DNA from: Octopus vulgaris
Lineage: Eukaryota
Direction of reading: 5' to 3'
Assembly (NCBI GenBank): GCA_951406725.2
Contig: OX597819.1
Span: 108,438,001 to 108,502,000, forward strand
DNA length: 64,000 nt
Part shown: positions 24,850 to 37,964 of the stretch, in pieces
Numbering within the stretch: position 1 is the stretch's first letter
Layout: each line of letters starts with the position of its first letter
The notes under the pieces: generated by a model
The model's database searches: none
What the model was told of the DNA's origin: nothing
The model's input: the letters and a program-made list of their open reading frames with translations, nothing else
Program-made: the position numbers and the translations under genes

Positions 24850-26500
24850 CCCTGAGCACAGAGCTATTTAGTCTTTTATGAAATGAAAAAAGCTTCCTAT
24901 CCCTGAATAATCAAGGACTCTGTGTCTGCACAGGAAAAGTGAATGCCATATTACTCTTATAAGTGCCCATATTCCTCTTTTAACTAGCTCTGATGCAGAC
25001 AAAAATGTTATATGCACAGCTGAAAGCTGTTTGGGTTATCTAATCCAGCTCTACTAGATTATATGAACTTCCACCTGCACAATATCAGTGATATCAGTAA
25101 TGTCAAGTCCTTTCATAGCTCAGAGTATTGGATTGACCATTGTTTAATGCAAATAACAGTTCCAGTTGGTAATTAGTGAATGAAAGGAGTGTGTCAGTTT
25201 AGTTGTTTGACTCTTGAATATTTGTAAGATATACAATATTGCTGTGGTAAAGGACCTTCAGAATTGTTTATCCAGCCTGAGAAGGGTTTTGATACCATTA
25301 TTCAAAGTGGTGCTGATAGACTGGGATATATTTCAGCCAGTCATAGTGGCTGGTTTGATGAAAATAATGCTACGATTCAGAGACTTTTGTCTGCAAAGCA
25401 CGATGTTCACAGTGTATTACTATATGATGGGCTATCATCTGATCACCAGATGTTAGCATTTGTTCAGTACAAGATTATAAAATCTTGAAAGATACTGGTG
25501 TACCTCAGGCAACATGGTCACCCTGTTAGCTCACTGTACTAGATATAGAGTCTCAATCTCAGCTATCACATGGCAGATGCAGAACACCTGCTGGGAAGGT
25601 TTTCCATCTTATGAGACAAGCTTAAAGGCTAGACATAGGCTCTTTTACTTTCTAAGGATAGTTCTACTCTCTACATTAAGTCAACAGAAAGCCCAGATTG
25701 CTAGATTAAATACTTTTCTGTACTGTTAAACTGAATTTTGTGGATGATGAAATAATAATAATAAAATAATGAAATTATTGTATGCAGTGCTCAGGTGCAC
25801 CACAACTTGTCAGAAAGTGCGTATAAAGTATATGCAGTAATGTACAAATGTCTGGAAAGCGAACAATGTATGAGTCAGATACATGCTTATGTGTGTATGG
25901 AGGGGAGGCTCTAATAGCCTTGAACAAAGACCTGTTGTTACATCCTTGACCATGGCATGCTCAGTACAAGATGTAACAATGACAGTATGGAAATAGAATC
26001 TTAAGGCTCCTAGTAAAGATGAAATCTATACTGAGTTCTCACACTTTGGTGATAGTCCTATCACAAAAAATCTTCATGAGTTTATTAGTGCAGTCTAGAG
26101 AGATGGTGTTGTTCCCAAGAACTGGAAAGATGAAATTATGCTGCTTCTTTATACAAATGGTGTCAGAAATAAAGAGTGGTAACCACAGAGGCATTGCTTT
26201 GCTGTCAGCAGTTGGCAAGGTTCTAGCAAGTATTGTTCTTACTTGCCAGAATAAACTCCTTGTGATTGATATCTTTTTAAAATCACTGTGTGGTTGATAT
26301 CTTTTTAAAATCACTTTGTGGCTACAATGGATTTAATTTTCACAGTAAACCACATACACTGAACAGAACAGAGATCTTGTATGTGTTTCCATTAATTTAA
26401 CAAATGCCTTTGATACTGTAAATAGGGTATCCCTGTAAAAATACTATGTAAACTTAGTTGTCCAAATCACAGTGTATCAATAAATAAATCATTTCATGAT
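24850..26500 (+). mobile_element. Highly decayed RTE-clade LINE (endonuclease/RT remnants)
   Basis: EYWIDHCLM (~25122), GNHRGIALLSAVGKVLASIVL (~26178) and LTNAFDTVNR (~26397) match RTE EN-end and RT N-terminal motifs. Confidence 0.65.
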
Positions 26501-29500
26501 GAAAATCTGAATTTAGAGCTTTTTCTTTCTGAATTCAGAGGTCTTAGCCTCTGAATTTAGAGCTCTGAATTTTATTGACTGTCTGTTATTGATTTCTGTT
26601 CACAGACTCAAACATACACACAAGTGCACTTTTAGAAATCTAACCTTTATTGCAATTTGTTTCTCACATATATTGAGATGTAGAGGCATATATTTGAGAA
26701 AAAAAGAAGAATAATTAAATGCAGTAAGGTTTATAAAATAAGCTAAAATTGAAAATAGGTTTTTTATTTTTAACCTTTGAAAAAAATATTTTATATTATT
26801 TATGTTAAAATTTAAATTTTTAAATCAGTTGCAAATTATTTAAATTTAATAAAATATTTAAAAAATATGGTTTTATTTAATTAAAATCTGGGGATATGGG
26901 AGTCATGGGAAGTTGAAATTTAAGCATGAATTGCTATTCAAATAGGAAAAACAAATATCTGAGAAAACACTGGCATTGTCAGTTTAAATTCTGATTTGAA
27001 TTTCAGTATTTTTCTTTCACTGAATTCCAGTTTCAGTTTCAATTTATTTCTGATTCAATTTAATCCCCAACTCCCAATATAATTTTGGTTTATGTAGGAA
27101 GTTAGAGAATATTGCAGCTATTGCTTTTTTGCTAGCAAGAGAATCAGGAGATGGGGATATATGGATTGATAGAATGGGGGTTTGAAAGAATGAAGGGCCA
27201 GAAGGAGAATCTAGAGTAGAAAAGATAACTGGAAAGAGGGAGAGTATATGAAACCAAGAAGGGTATCTGGAAAGGGAGATAGACAGATAGAAGAATATGA
27301 GAGAGTGACAAGAGAAAGAATCTAGAGAGTAGGGTTTAAGGAGCTGGCAAGAGTAAAGAAAAGGAAGTGTAAAAAGAGAAGAGTAAATATATTAGAGAAT
27401 TTAGAAGGAGAAAGAGAGAGCAGGGTAGTGAGTGCTAGGAAGAGAATCTAGTTGAGAGTTGTCTGGCAGCAGACTACAAAGATAGTTTGTATATGAGAGA
27501 GAGAGAGGAGGAGGAGGAGGAAAGAAGCTAGCTAGCTAGATCATCTCTAGTGTTGGAGAGTAGAGTAAAACAGATCAATATTTCCTTGACACGAGTTTGA
27601 ACCAAGTAAAATCACAAAAACTAAACTGAAAATAAATGATGTTGTTGAAAATAATCAATAACTGAAAAGAGATTTAAATTTTTTCTTCCTCTCCTTCATC
27701 ATTTTTATGTTTTCTCTATCAGCATTAAGACTGGGATAAGATGATGCAGGAAGAGTGTTTAGAAGGAAGATGTTAGGCTGCTGGTGAAGAAGCAGACTTA
27801 AAATTTTAATTCAGAGAGTATATATTCATGTATGAGATATGTGCATCTCTTGAAACTGGTAGTAGGGTGAGGAAACCAAAAATGACAGTAGCAATGTTTT
27901 TATGGGTTCTATATTTTGGGAGCATTATGCCCTGAGAAAGGCATTAATATTGTTTTATGTAAAGTTTTTAAAATAGTTTTTTAATGTAATAAGGCAACTT
28001 TTAGGGGCTATTGAAGCCCATTTCAAATCATTTCCATTCTGTCTTGGAAAAAGCATTATTATCATACACAATCCTGTTTTACCCCTCCTGTAAAATCTAC
28101 AGCTTTGTGCTAATGCGAAAAAAAAACAAAAAAAAATTTTTTTTTTCAGGACAATTTTTGTTTTGGGGGCATTTCATCTCTCTATGTTAATGCTAGGAAG
28201 AAACACGAGTGTATTGCTTAATTCCCTTTTCATTCTTAACTTTAAATTTATACAATCTTGTTTATGTTAGGAATCATTTTGATATTGCCTTTCTCCCATT
28301 GCTATTATCTCTGAGAAAGGCATGAATGCCACTTAACCCTACTTCTGATTCTTCACTCTCAGTAGTGTCATGACTGTATAACTTAATTGTTCAATTTCAT
28401 GTGTGTGTGCTTTCCATATGCCACTCAGTTAGAGAGAAGCTGTGTTTATTCTATATTTAGTTTTGATTCCCTCTTGTTTTGAAAAAATTCCCAATTTCTC
28501 TCTATAAATCTCCATGTTTAAGAGACAGTATTTTAAAGAGAATGGGTACTGATGGTGGCAGCAGCGGTGGCTGTTGTTGTTTGATGGTGGTATTCAATTC
28601 AGAATGAAAAGACCTATAATTAAAGGTACTCCAACTGTGACCATCCCATCTTTTTCCCGAGACTACCTTATCCAATGCATCCTTTTTTAAAGATGGTAGG
28701 ATGTAATTTCAGAGATATTTAACTGTTATTTCTAGCTGGGTGAGCTTTGGGAAACAATGTAGATCATGAGGGAGTGTTACCTGTGCTCTGATAAAGCAAA
28801 ATATTATCCTCTTAAATTAGTGGTTGATTTGAAGACTTACTATACTAAATTTCTTCCACAGATAAACCTACCCAAACATCTTATAAAAGCAATAACACAC
28901 TGGATAATGTAGACCTAGATATATTATGCCTGCCAAAAAAGAAAAAAAAAATGCATAGGAAGGTCACAGATAGAGTATCAGTTGAATAATGAAAGGTCAA
29001 CACAAAAGATCAGATCTATGAACCACAACTAGATATTTGACCAACTACCTACACAAGTCTGTTTAGTTAATGCTCTCACAGAGCTAGACAACTACCATCT
29101 ACAATTAACCATTAGTCAACTAGAGTCTTTATGCAGTCACTCAATCTGCTAGGAATAGCAGCCAAATCTTCAGATCACACCATATCATTTAGAATAAAAC
29201 AAACAAATAAAATTTACATTTGTAAGACTTAGTAAATTCATGTGCCATGTACAGAAGTAAGTAGTACTAATATGTTGGGTATGGTAGAAAAACCATTCCT
29301 GAAATATCAGCACTCTATTTCCCTAATGTACATGAACTTGTCTTATTCTGTGAATAGTAAAAAGTACTGATGGTTTATTTGTATGACTGTACCTAACTAA
29401 TGAATGCAGTGTTTACCTGACTGGTGTGCATGTATGTTTATAGAGACGTTCCTCTCTACAGCTTTTCAAGCACAAATTAATATAAACGCAAGACAATTTT

Positions 29501-29645
29501 AAATAATGTTTATTTGCCAATGTAAAGTGGCAGTCCTGATTAGGACAAATGCTACTACCTTTTAGCAAAACATCTTCTCCAGCTGGCTATTGATGCACTA
29601 ACTGCATCCTTACACTTCGAACAAGGGAAACAGCTGAAATCGATA

Positions 29646-29691
29646 TCTGTGTACCAATAGTTTCTGGGTTATTTCTCTTCATCAGCACAGA
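29646..29691 (-). ncRNA. Minimal hammerhead ribozyme motif
   Basis: Minus strand: tctgtg CTGATGA agagaaataaccca GAAA ctattgg TA cacaga. Perfect 6-bp stem I and GUA triplet; stem II is weak. Confidence 0.65.
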
Positions 29692-29981
29692 ATAATTGCT
29701 TGGCTAGAGATGACAGCACTAGGTCTTGTTTGAAGTATATACTTTTAAAGTGACATACAGTCACTGATCTCGCAAATAGAAGAGCTATTAGTTCTAAGTT
29801 TCTGAATGTAAGACATGCAGCAACAGTACTTTAAAGTAAAGTTTATTTGCCAATGTAAAGTGGCAGTTTTGATTAGGACAAATGTTACTACTTTTTAGCC
29901 CCAGGAAAGCATTTCCAGCTGACTATCGATGCACTAACTTCGAACAAGACCTAGTGCTGCCATCTCTGACTGGGTGAATAT

Positions 29982-30027
29982 TCTGTACTGATGAAGAGAA
30001 ATAACCTAGAAAGCATTGGTACACAGA
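29982..30027 (+). ncRNA. Minimal hammerhead ribozyme motif (more decayed copy)
   Basis: tctgta CTGATGA agagaaataaccta GAAA gcattgg TA cacaga. Confidence 0.55.
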
Positions 30028-32145
30028 TATCACTTTGAGCTGAGTGGGGACACTAGCTCCCTTGTTCAAAGTGTAATGATGCTGTTTGTGCGTTGATAGC
30101 CAGCTGAAGATGATGTTTCCCTGGGGCTAAAAAGTAGTGACATTCATCCTAATCAGGACTGCCACTTTATGTTGGCAAATAAACTTTACTCTAAAGTACT
30201 GTTGCTGCATGTCTCTTGTTCAGAGAATTAGGACTAACAGTTTTTCTATTACTTTTAAATAAACCTGAAGCAAATTAAAATAAACTCAAAACAATTTTTA
30301 ATAAACTTGAAGTGAAATCTTTTTCTAATTAAGTAATGCCTTCAAACTAATACTATTTTTTTTTTTATTAATGAATAATTACAGTTTAATTTTGACTGGT
30401 AAATACCCAAAAATTTTTTTCATGAGTCTATGGAAAAAATGTTTTAGAACTACAAAGTATAGTTTCTCTGGTTGTAAATGCACATCAATATATTCCAACA
30501 TACTTGCTACTGTAGCAAGTATGTTGGGACAAATTGAATGTAAGTATTTACAAAGCTTCAACACATCTCAATAGTTTCATGTTCTACCTTCTAGACTTTG
30601 CCACACACACCTCTGTAATGCACATTCTAAATGCACTCATTTATATGCTGTCTTAACACTGTGCCGTAGCCACTGTTTCCTAATCTTCTCATTTAGTGAC
30701 AAACAGTATATGTGTATGACTTTCAAGTGTAAACTTTTCTTTGCACTCCCATTGTTTCCTTATTTGACACTTCGTGAAGTAAGAGTAACTTGTAGCTTGA
30801 GGCAAGTTACTGTTGCTTTGAGACTGACTTTTGTCATCCATAATTAAATGCAGCATTGTAGACTTAAGTCAAATGATGAAATGAATTCAGGCTTAAAACA
30901 AATCAGCATAAATACAAACAATTCAAAACAGACATCTAAGTTTTATCTAAACATCTACTATTTTAATTTGCTCAAGGATTATTTTGATTTGTTCTTAGGT
31001 TATTATTATTTTTTTTTTGCTTAAAGTTTATTTCAATTTTCTTTTAAATAATTTTAATTATTAGCTGAAAAGGTGTTGTGTTTGGTATTTGTAGAGAAGT
31101 ACCTTACTGGTGTGTGTGTGTGTGAAGTATTTATATAGGTATACCTAACTGATACATGTATGTGATGTTTATATAGATGTGCCTCTGGAGTGTGTTTTAC
31201 ACTTTACTGATGTATATGGTATTTATATGTAGATATATCTTGTGTGTGCATGTAATTTATATGTAAATGTCACTCACTAGTGTGTGTGAGTATGTGTGGT
31301 GTTGATGTTAAATGCAGGAGGAATAGTCTTCTGAATGTGACACTAGTATATCATAGTTATATCTAGATGGTGTACTACTCCTAACAGTTAATTTTGTACT
31401 GGGCTCGTGTTTAGCTGGCCTGGTACATAGTCCTAACAGGTGAACTAAGACAATAGAAAAAGTTTTCTAAGAAAGACATTGAAGCAACTACAATAGATTT
31501 GAACAAATAGCCTTCAAGTTAGTCTTCTAATATTTATCTACTTGGTGTTTTGGTTTATACTGTTAATTTGCATGAATGTTATTGTTGTTTAATCCAGGTC
31601 AGACCTAATTCAGCAAAACTATGAACAAAGGTATTTTAGCTATGATCATCTCATCTTTTATTGAGAAATGATGCATCTAAGAATTCATAATTGAAAGTGC
31701 TTTTTTTGCTTTTTTCAAGCATTGTGTGATTTGAGGAAGATTTGGCTATTATTTCTAGTAGGTAGTGACCATATAGAGAGATTCCCATAAATTGATTTTT
31801 ATGTAGATGTATACTGTATTGTTATTTAGTTTTTGATCAACCTTGATTGAGAATATGTATGGTCAGACATGTTCTAGTTGTGACTATGCCATCTTACTCT
31901 CATGCATCGTATATCTAAGTCTACATTGTTCAGTGTGTTCCTCTCTTTTTATGATGATAGGTATAATTTGAAGATTTGGCTGTTATGCCTTGCAGGGCAA
32001 ATAGCCCTGTATTTTTGTATTACAGTATTATTTATATATTGTTTAGGTCACCTGACTACAAAGCTTGTCTATATGCAAGTGAGCATGCAAGACAAACACC
32101 AGTCCTCTGGTCTTACTAATATCTATTCTGTCTTTTATTTTGCAG

Positions 32146-32204
32146 GGAGAAAAGATGGGTAACAATTGGTGACACAACAATGAAGCTTTACAAATGGGTA
32201 CCAG
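32146..32204 (+). CDS. BCL7: BCL7 coding exon 2
   Basis: ttttgcag|G GAG...: (W)EKRWVTIGDTTMKLYKWVP completes the BCL7 N-domain; donor G|gtttgt. Confidence 0.96.
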
Positions 32205-33293
32205 GTTTGTGTTGATCTCTTGTTCTTTAGCATTTCTTTATAAACCTCTTTTCTCTCTGTTCCTTTCTCTCATGTTCATATTTCTTAGAGTTTGATTCAT
32301 CACTACCACTACCATTATGAACTGTATACTGCTTCCAGTTGCCATAATCAATGTTTTGTTATTTCTACACTATTATTATCAGTATCTTTATCATTTTCAC
32401 AATTATTATCACCATGATGAACTATGTACTAATATATTATTTCTAGTTGCCATCATCAATGGTGGTTCTATCCATTTATTCAGTATCGTCATTAATGTTG
32501 GCTTTATTATCATAAGGTTATGGATTCAATTCCTGGACCAGTAGCACATCGTGTCTTTGAGCAGGTACTTTATTTTACATTGCTCCAACCTTTTCAGCTG
32601 AAATTGAGTTCCAGCCAAGTGCTGCTATAGCTATTTCTCCTTTCAGTTGTCACCTCTTTCATGTTCCATTGTCTCAAGTATGGAAGGGCGAAGAGGGTAT
32701 CTGTGCCTGTTCATAACTGTTATTATAACACATTCAGTGTACTAGCGTTCCTGATTTGTAGAGTTTTGTCAGACAGCTGTTGTTGTGAGTGGGACTGGTC
32801 CATCTATCAACTAATTCCATCTAGAAGAGTACTGTGGTCAAGAAGAGCAGTTTTCCTCTGTTTAGTGCACTAGTTTTCCTAGTGGCAACAGTGAAAGTAG
32901 TGTGATGGACAAGGCTGAAAGGACTAAAAACAGATAGGTCACCCTCATTAAACCTTTCAAGTTTCACTTGGAAAGGAAGGTGAGGGTAGAGAGGGAGTTG
33001 ATGTCCTAAATAGTGATTATGGTACTTGTGAACCAGCCTTCTTTGAACATGTGCCTGTAGACTGAGTAACAAAATAAGAGGACATTTGCCCTTAGCAGTC
33101 AGGGTCATTGAGGTTTTGGGGGATTTCTTTGATTGGACCTGAGTAGCTGTCCTTCTTTGTGTGGAAATTTTCTTGTTATATTTTTTATTTTCATGTTTTG
33201 TATTTTGTCCTTTATACTATTTTTGTCTTTGAGCAATAATGTCTAATCATCATTCCTCACATTATTATTTACTTTCTATTGTTCTGTTTCCAG

Positions 33294-33316
33294 TGTCAAA
33301 CCAAGAGCCTTCCCAG
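33294..33316 (+). CDS. BCL7: BCL7 coding exon 3 (23-nt microexon)
   Basis: gttctgtttccag|TG TCA AAC CAA GAG CCT TCC CAG|gtaaat encodes (V)SNQEPSQ and converts phase 1 to phase 0 as the next exon requires. Confidence 0.72.
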
Positions 33317-35013
33317 GTAAATGAGGCTTTCTACACAGTTAACAGAAGGCATACTGTAAGTGTTACTACTTTTCTGGTTTTTCACTTCATGTTCTTAGAC
33401 ATTTTTGCTTTTAAGCTGGCCATATCCGGCCAAAATATTCTACCTGTTTTATCTTCAAGCTGGTCAAATTCGACCTTTCATACCTACCCTGTAGTGTCAC
33501 TTTAAAAATAAGCAATTACATCATCGAAATCTCAAAGCTGTGAAATAATGCATGATTAATTTAAAATGATGTGAATACATAAGCATTACATTAGACAGAG
33601 TAATCTGAATGCTAAAGGATTAATAGTAGAGGTGATATTAGTGGCAACAGTTGTAGTAATAGAAAATCATCACCATTTTATATGAATTTTATTTCTTTTA
33701 GTTATTTCAACAAAGATTAATCCTAATCCAGCTAACCTCTGATCAAAAACATTCCTAACATTTATTTAAACATAGTATTCTAGAATTACATTTTCCAATA
33801 TGTGCTGCCTTTTATTACAATAGAATGTGACTTGAGTGACATTTGACTGCTATTTCTTGCAGGATGGACAATCACATAGAGACTGGGTTGAAGGAAATTG
33901 CAATGACTTACAAATGTGTTCTAATTATTACCCATTTTGTTGAAGGCGTTTTGGGGTGATGGTGGTGGTGGGTCTTCAATCAAGGGAGATAACTTTAATG
34001 AATTTCTTGAAAATTCATTAAACATGACGATTTATTGTTAAATTTATGATTTCCAGTATTGGCACCAGGCAGCCAATTTTATATTGCCAGTACTTGGTTA
34101 ATGATATTTTATCAACCCTGAAGGATGAAGGGCAAAGTTAAGTTAATAACATTGGTTAATCTAACAATATTTTTCTTTACCACCAACTGAATATACTGTA
34201 GATTTAAAAAAAAAATATTTTATTAAGCTTTAAAGGAGCAAGCTATCAGAATCGTTGGGATGCCAAGGCAAGATGCTTAGAAGCATTTTGCCCGTCTACG
34301 TTTTGAGTTCAAATTTCAAATCAACTTTGTCTTTTATCTTTTCAACATTGATAAAATAAGTACCAGTTGGGGTCAATGTAATTCTTCCTCCAAAATTGCT
34401 GACTTTGTGCCAAAATTTGAAACCAAAATTTTATTAAGCATTATGTGTGCTTTCACTTACATATCTGTCTAATTATCGTACAGACACCGCACTATCCAAG
34501 TTTATATTGTTCTGATTGAGCAGACCTAGGACCAAAGGCATTTAGACAGTGATCTTACCATCAAATCTTCAGTGTTTCTAAGGTTATATTATTTGATGTG
34601 TCCATCCTTTTTTAAGATATCAGAATGTGATTTTAAAAAGATTTGGTTGCTCTTTATGAGAAATCAAGCAACTAAACAGCAGCTCCCTTGTTGACTACTT
34701 CTGGTTTAATGCTAAGTGGCTGATAGTTATATTTCCTCTTGAATAGGACATCAGTTTAACATTTAACATTTCTAGATTTGTTAGCATCTATTCTTGACAA
34801 GTGAACTGAAGAACATAAGATTGTCCTATCCAAATCTTCAACTAAAAGTCTACAGTGATTTTATAGTCAAGAGCAATGAATTACTAATCAAATAGCTTAC
34901 CCTTTTTTCTAAATTTCACTGCTGCCCTAAAGCTCTCAATAAACCTATATATGAAATAAAATTGTTATTTCATACCCCACCTTTAAACCTGATCTTTCTC
35001 TAGCCAATATATA

Positions 35014-36186
35014 TCAGGTTGAGTAAAAAGTAAGCAACGTTTTGAACCATGAAGAATTTGTACTGGATTTTTGCAGAGTTATAAATTTCTTTTAGACGTT
35101 TTTTTTTTTTTTTGTTTTTTTTGCAATTGTCTGATAATACTGGCATCAATAAATGCATCAATAAATTAAAATTGATATTTTTTTTACCATTGTTACAATC
35201 ATCTGAAATGGAATTGTCAAAGCACGATATTCAAGTATAAAGCAGCTGAAACTGCTTGCAATATCAACAAAGCATTTGTTGAGGAAATGAACTGTGAGTG
35301 GTGAGCTCAAAAATGGTTTGAGCAATTTTGCAGTGGAGACCTGAGCCTTGAAGATCGTGAGTGTAGTGGAGGCCTATCTGTCATCAATGATGGTCAATTA
35401 AAGACCATTATTGAGAAAGATCCATGTAAAACAACTCGGGAACTGGCAAAAGAACTTTAAGTTAGCCAGAAAACTGCCTGCAACCATTTGCATGCGATTG
35501 GAAAATCAAAAAAGCTTGACAAATGGGTACCACATAATTTGAATGAAAATCAAAAAATGCACAGATATGAAATTTGCTTGTTGTTTCTTCTCCATAACCA
35601 GACAGATCCATTTCTTGACTGTATTGTAACTTGCGATGAAAAGTGGATTCTGTACAATAATAAAAACCATTCTTCACAGTGGTTGGACCAAGGTTATGGT
35701 AGTATACTGCTGGACTTCACTATAACTTCTTAAAACCTGGAAATACCATTACTACAGAAACATTGCCATGAAATTGCCAAAATGAACAAAAAACTGTTAC
35801 TTCTCCATCCTAGACTGGTCAATAGAAGAGGGCCAATCATTCTTCATGACAATGCTCGACCACACATTTCACTAATGATGCTCCAGAAGTGGAGGGAACT
35901 TGGCTACAAAGTTTTTCCATACCTAGCTTATTCCCCCAGACCTTTCTCCTACCGACTACTACTTTTTCAAGCACCTTGATTGTTTCCCGTAAGAGAAGGA
36001 GTTCAAAAATCAAGCCAATGCTGAAAGTGCATTCAAAGAGTTCATCAGCTCAGAACTCCAGATTTTAGTTGGCAAAAATGTGTTGATTGTAATGGTACTT
36101 ACTTATGAATAAAATTTCTGCATTGTTGAAATATATTGTGAAGAATTTTATGTTTCGAAACATTGCTTACTTTTTACTCAACCTGA
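35014..36186 (+). mobile_element. Mariner transposon, inactivated, internal deletion
   Basis: 33-bp TIRs tcaggttgagtaaaaagtaagcaa.gttt.gaa (31/33 match), TA flanks; WVPHNL, IVTCDEKWILY, HDNARPH, YSP motifs with frameshifts. Confidence 0.92.
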
Positions 36187-37126
36187 TACATCATCATCAT
36201 TTATCTGTTTTCCATCTGGTATAGGTTGAATGGTTTCTCAGGATCCAGCAAGCTGCAAAGCTGGACATCCTTCCTAATGCCAACGACTTGATAGTGTGTG
36301 TATGTGGGGGGTGGGGGCAGCACTAGGGGCTATAGTAAGTGGAACATGTTGATAGATATGAAAGGGCACTGAAAATGATAGCAGGTAAGAGATATGTTTA
36401 GAATGATGTATAGTGGAGGGTACAGAGTTCAAGGCACAGCAAGGAAGTGGTTGGTAGAAATAGTATGGGTAGGGATGATAATGAGGAATGGAAGTGGTTC
36501 CCTACAGTGGTGGGGTGTGGAAGGGTTGTAATATGTACAAATTCTGAGCTCAGGTCATTACAGCAGCTTAGTAGCATCATAGTTGAGGAGATAAGAATTG
36601 GGGAAATGCTTGACAGGGCACAGAAAGAGTAGAGTCCCCACACCTACAAGTATATCATGTAGTTTTAGGATATCATTTTATACTGTGTTGGATGGGGTTT
36701 CCTGAGCACAATAAATGACTAATTATCTTGATCTTCTGTCATCTCCTCCATAAGGCTCGTCATCTTGAGCCTTATATATTGTGATGTATGTGTAGAATTT
36801 ACAATCTCAGTAAAATTAGATATTTAGTTAAATAAGTTTTTACTTTGTGACTACTTGTTTTTCTATACCAGATGATTATATGAATGAGCAGTGTCATCTG
36901 TCTTGGCTAAAAATGGTTAATACTTTTTTTTTTGTTATTCTACTTGGGGAATGAAGATACAGAGTGTAAAACTGTTTTTATCTTCCTTGAGTTTAAATGC
37001 TGTCAAAGAAAGGCCTGCAAGGAAATAAGGTTTCTGGCCAGATAAGTTGCAAAAGCAAAGTGACAGTGCTACTTGTAATAATAATTTTATTTCTAATTAA
37101 TTTCATCTTTTATTTTCTTTCTCTAG

Positions 37127-37238
37127 AGAAATGGTGCTGCTCACCACATCATCTACAAAAGAAAAGGACCCTCAAAACGTCATGAAAAAGAGCCCGAAAA
37201 ACCTGTTGAACCTCAGAATTTAGATTCAAACAGTCAAA
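37127..37238 (+). CDS. BCL7: BCL7 coding exon 4
   Basis: Long pyrimidine tract + tag|; RNGAAHHIIYKRKGPSKRHEKEPEKPVEPQNLDSNSQ (basic patch then DSNSQ, cf. DENSNQS in BCL7 proteins); donor A|gtatgt. Confidence 0.82.
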
Positions 37239-37292
37239 GTATGTATTTTTCATTGCTTTCATTTAACTGAGCTATACTTTAGTGACACCATT

Positions 37293-37349
<57 letters not shown>

Positions 37350-37703
37350 GAATGTTATGAATATTATCAATAACGTCTGTATTTAATAGTAATTCTTCAT
37401 TAGCTACTAATACTTGATTATTGATTAATTAGTTTCATCTAATTAATGTTGGCTCAAGTAATTGCATTTCTTGTCTTTTACAAATCAATAATCTGTTTCT
37501 ATTTTATTTATTTTTGTATATTTAAAGAAAAGTGCTCTAAACTACAGTTCAATCTTTGATCATAATTCCTTGTTCTGTTCCTAAACATTTGGTAAACATT
37601 TGTTTTTATGTATTATATTTTCTGTTTTTTCTTTAGCTTTTAATTCTTTCAAATTTATGTTTTCTTTTTCTTCTGTTATGTCCTGCTGACATTGTACCTG
37701 TAG

Positions 37704-37964
37704 CAGCTTCATCAGTGACAACCAAATCTCCACCACTAGATGGCGCTGAATCTGCTACTAATGCCACCCAGGAAGGGCAGAATGCACAGCCAGCACCTGC
37801 TCCTGTTGCTAATGTAACCAATGCCTCCTCCACCTCCAGTGAGACCAAGACCAATGGTCAACATCACCCATCTCCTGCAGCCGACTCTGCTGATGTTACT
37901 TCTAACTGTTCCTCTCTGGTGCCTGGCAATGTACCGCCTCTTGAGGACAGCCTCTCTGCTAATG
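37704..37964 (+). CDS. BCL7: BCL7 probable cassette exon (Ser/Thr/Ala/Pro-rich)
   Basis: tagcag acceptor, GC-richer open frame in phase 1 (ASSVTTKSPPLDGAES...EDSLSAN). The donor is uncertain: 37964|gtagta or 37985|gttaat, both phase 1. Otherwise an in-frame stop falls at 37990. Confidence 0.6.

Larger units (their letters stand above)
29508..30250. mobile_element. Composite direct-plus-inverted repeat element with two opposed hammerhead motifs
   Basis: 29508-29625 is repeated directly at 29841-29948. 29937-30185 is the inverse of 29508-29735. 29776-29935 is inverted at ~30090-30250. Confidence 0.8.
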
